Source: Raillietiella orientalis (lineage: Eukaryota). From it: 64,000 nt of DNA. The notes beneath the pieces were generated by a model. It was not told the origin of the DNA and searched no databases. It worked only from the letters and a program-made list of their open reading frames with translations. The stretch covers positions 1,488,001 to 1,552,000 of the forward strand of contig JAYWIR010000012.1 of NCBI GenBank assembly GCA_036172245.1, in the 5' to 3' direction. The translations under genes and the position numbers were made by a program. Below are positions 62,065-64,000 of the stretch, in pieces. Within the stretch, counting starts at the first letter, position 1; each line of letters begins with the position of its first letter.

Positions 62065-62960
62065 TGTTTCTCTGTTTTCCTTCCATTTTTTTTTCTTTTC
62101 GAGTTTTCTTTTTTTCTGGTTCTCGAGGAGTGCTGAAGAACCGTTTGCCTCCCTAGGGTGTAGAGGGAAGGGGCCCACGAAGCCCCTTAATACTGTTTCG
62201 TGCCCGATAATGCGTGTTAACTCTTCAAGTTAGAGAGCAACCCCGTAGGGACCACCTCATGGATCCAGGAAGGCTCCAGAGGAAGGAGTCCGTTCCTCCT
62301 ACGCTTGGGAGGGAACTCCGAAGGAAACCCTCGTCCTCGTTGTCTACGAAGGGGACTCCGAAGGGAACCATCTCTTCCTTGTTCTTTGCGGAGGGACTCC
62401 CCCGGTTGCAGGAACCACCTCATTTCTTCTCTGAAGGGGACGTGGAAGTGACCCGCTCAAGAATTTCTTCTCTGCATGGCACCCTCAAGGGAACCGCTGA
62501 TTGCTTTCTCCTCTGAAGGAAGCCCTGAATGGACGCTTCCAGCTTTCTCTGAAGTGTCGCTCCCATAAAGGAGCAGCGCACTTTTGATACTCTGGAAAGG
62601 CAACCCCCCCGAGGGGGGAATGAACCGGCTTCAAGGTATGCGATGGAAGGCCCTTTCGAGGAGGGAAAGGCCCCACTTTCACAGCCGGAGGCGATTGCCA
62701 AAGGGAACCTAGTTCTTGATTTCTGAAAGGACCCTGGAGCGTCAACTTCCTATCCTGGCCAGTCAACGGGGGCATTCTGAGGTCTCTGGCTTCCACCACT
62801 GCCTCATACGAATAGGCCAACCAGAGTCATCTTAAGGGAAGGACCGAAAACCCACAACGCAACCCCTGTTCTCGGCCTCGATCCTTTCCCCGGTGGGATT
62901 CGAACCCGCAATGCTTGGTGCCACGTGCGGAGGCAGCAACCACGCGGTCGCCAACGCGGA
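62065..62960 (-). mobile_element. Long tRNA-headed SINE-like element, copy E (near full length, minus strand)
   Basis: Reverse complement: cgttggcgaccgcgtgg, gcgggttcgaatccc, aagatgactctggttggcc, atgcccccgttgactggccaggat, about six ~40-bp units, taacacgca, A-rich tail. Confidence 0.82.
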
Positions 62961-63599
62961 CAACGCTCATCTGCATGCCCGCCTTGGTTCGATACGCTTC
63001 TCTGTCACCAGGAAGTCATCGAGGAGATTCGGCGGTGCAGAACTATTTGTAGGACCGCTGACTGGGACAGGAACACGATTCATACATTCCTCAGCCCACT
63101 ACGCTGCAACGGGAGGGTGGGAGAAGTAACGGAATTTGAACATCCAGGACCGCTCTAACTCGAAGTTCTGGGACCACTATGAGAGGCGGTACGTCTTTGA
63201 AACTCTGAAGGCGGAAATTGGCGTGCTGAAGAAGAAGATGATTGCCACTGGTACCTCCTACATTCAGTGCGACCGTCACGCCCATTACGTGTCGGGCATA
63301 ATCACATCCCCGACGCCAAGGTCTGTGCCCGGCGGAGCGCAGAAGACCGAATTTACGGCAGAAAGACAGGACCGAAGAGGAAATTACCATCGAAGAAGTG
63401 AAAGAGAGTCTTCTGGTTTGTGCAAGGGCGTGGTGGCCGGTCTTGATAGAGCGGCCATCCCTTCCTGTCAGCGGTGTCCGCACGACTACTCGCATCTGCT
63501 CCGCGTGCTCAAGCAAACGATCCAGAAAGAAAAAGCCCTCCGGCGTCATTCCACGAAAGCAGGATACGATTGTTGCCAGAGGGAGCCAAAGATCTGATT

Positions 63600-64000
63600 A
63601 AAGTCATCCAGTGACGACCAGTCTCCAACCTAAGTCAGGATGCCAGGTGGTGGGCAGAAAGCTGGACCAATCGCCTGAGGAGCACCATGCCATCGTTGGT
63701 TTCTTTAATGCAGACGTGGGCAGTGCTCGGAAGCCTTATTAAGTGTGACAATATGGAGTGTGTCCCACGCCATCCTTGGTTACGGTCTCTATGCCGGAGA
63801 AGACATGGTGCTGCATTCCTAGATATGGAGAAAGCATCTGATACTGTTGGACAGGATGCTGCTGCAGATATCTAGAAAACTGAGCCTCTCAAGTATCTGA
63901 TGGAAATTCACTAAAGGCAGTTTTCCATGATTCAGATCAGCGGACAAGACAGTCCGGATGGAGAGAGGAATTCGTCAAGGAGACGCTCTCAGCTCGATGC
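63600..64000 (+). mobile_element. LINE reverse-transcriptase relic (runs off the window end)
   Basis: GAAFLDMEKASDTVGQD matches the RT motif AVFLD.EKAFDTVWHD. Confidence 0.6.

Noticed and set aside
62270..62560. ~40-bp repeats as a CRISPR array
   Set aside because: Units are degenerate and contiguous without unique spacers, there are no cas genes, and the context is eukaryotic.

Overview
Eukaryotic, almost certainly arthropod, genomic DNA; this rests on an allatostatin-A receptor and a Drosophila-like Robo Ig1 sequence, and the species cannot be determined. There is one clearly intact protein-coding sequence: a single-exon allatostatin-A receptor (rhodopsin-family GPCR) on the minus strand at 29980-31068, with a 5'-UTR splice acceptor and a downstream AATAAA. 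The rest is a transposon graveyard. It holds at least four copies of an L1/Tx1-like LINE family sharing a conserved ~30-nt 3' terminus (AATAAA, then a CCCGG-N5-CCGGG hairpin, then an A-rich end), and five copies of an unusually long (~0.8-0.9 kb) tRNA-headed SINE-like element with an internal ~40-bp tandem array. It also holds many heavily decayed LINE, Gypsy and hAT relics, a tRNA-Pro pseudogene, and an orphan Robo signal-peptide/Ig1 pseudo-exon. Most ORFs in the supplied track are shadow ORFs of GC-rich DNA. TE relic calls come from by-eye motif recognition across frameshifts, and their boundaries are approximate. I found no convincing novel multi-gene system; the best candidates for undescribed biology are the two retroelement RNA architectures.
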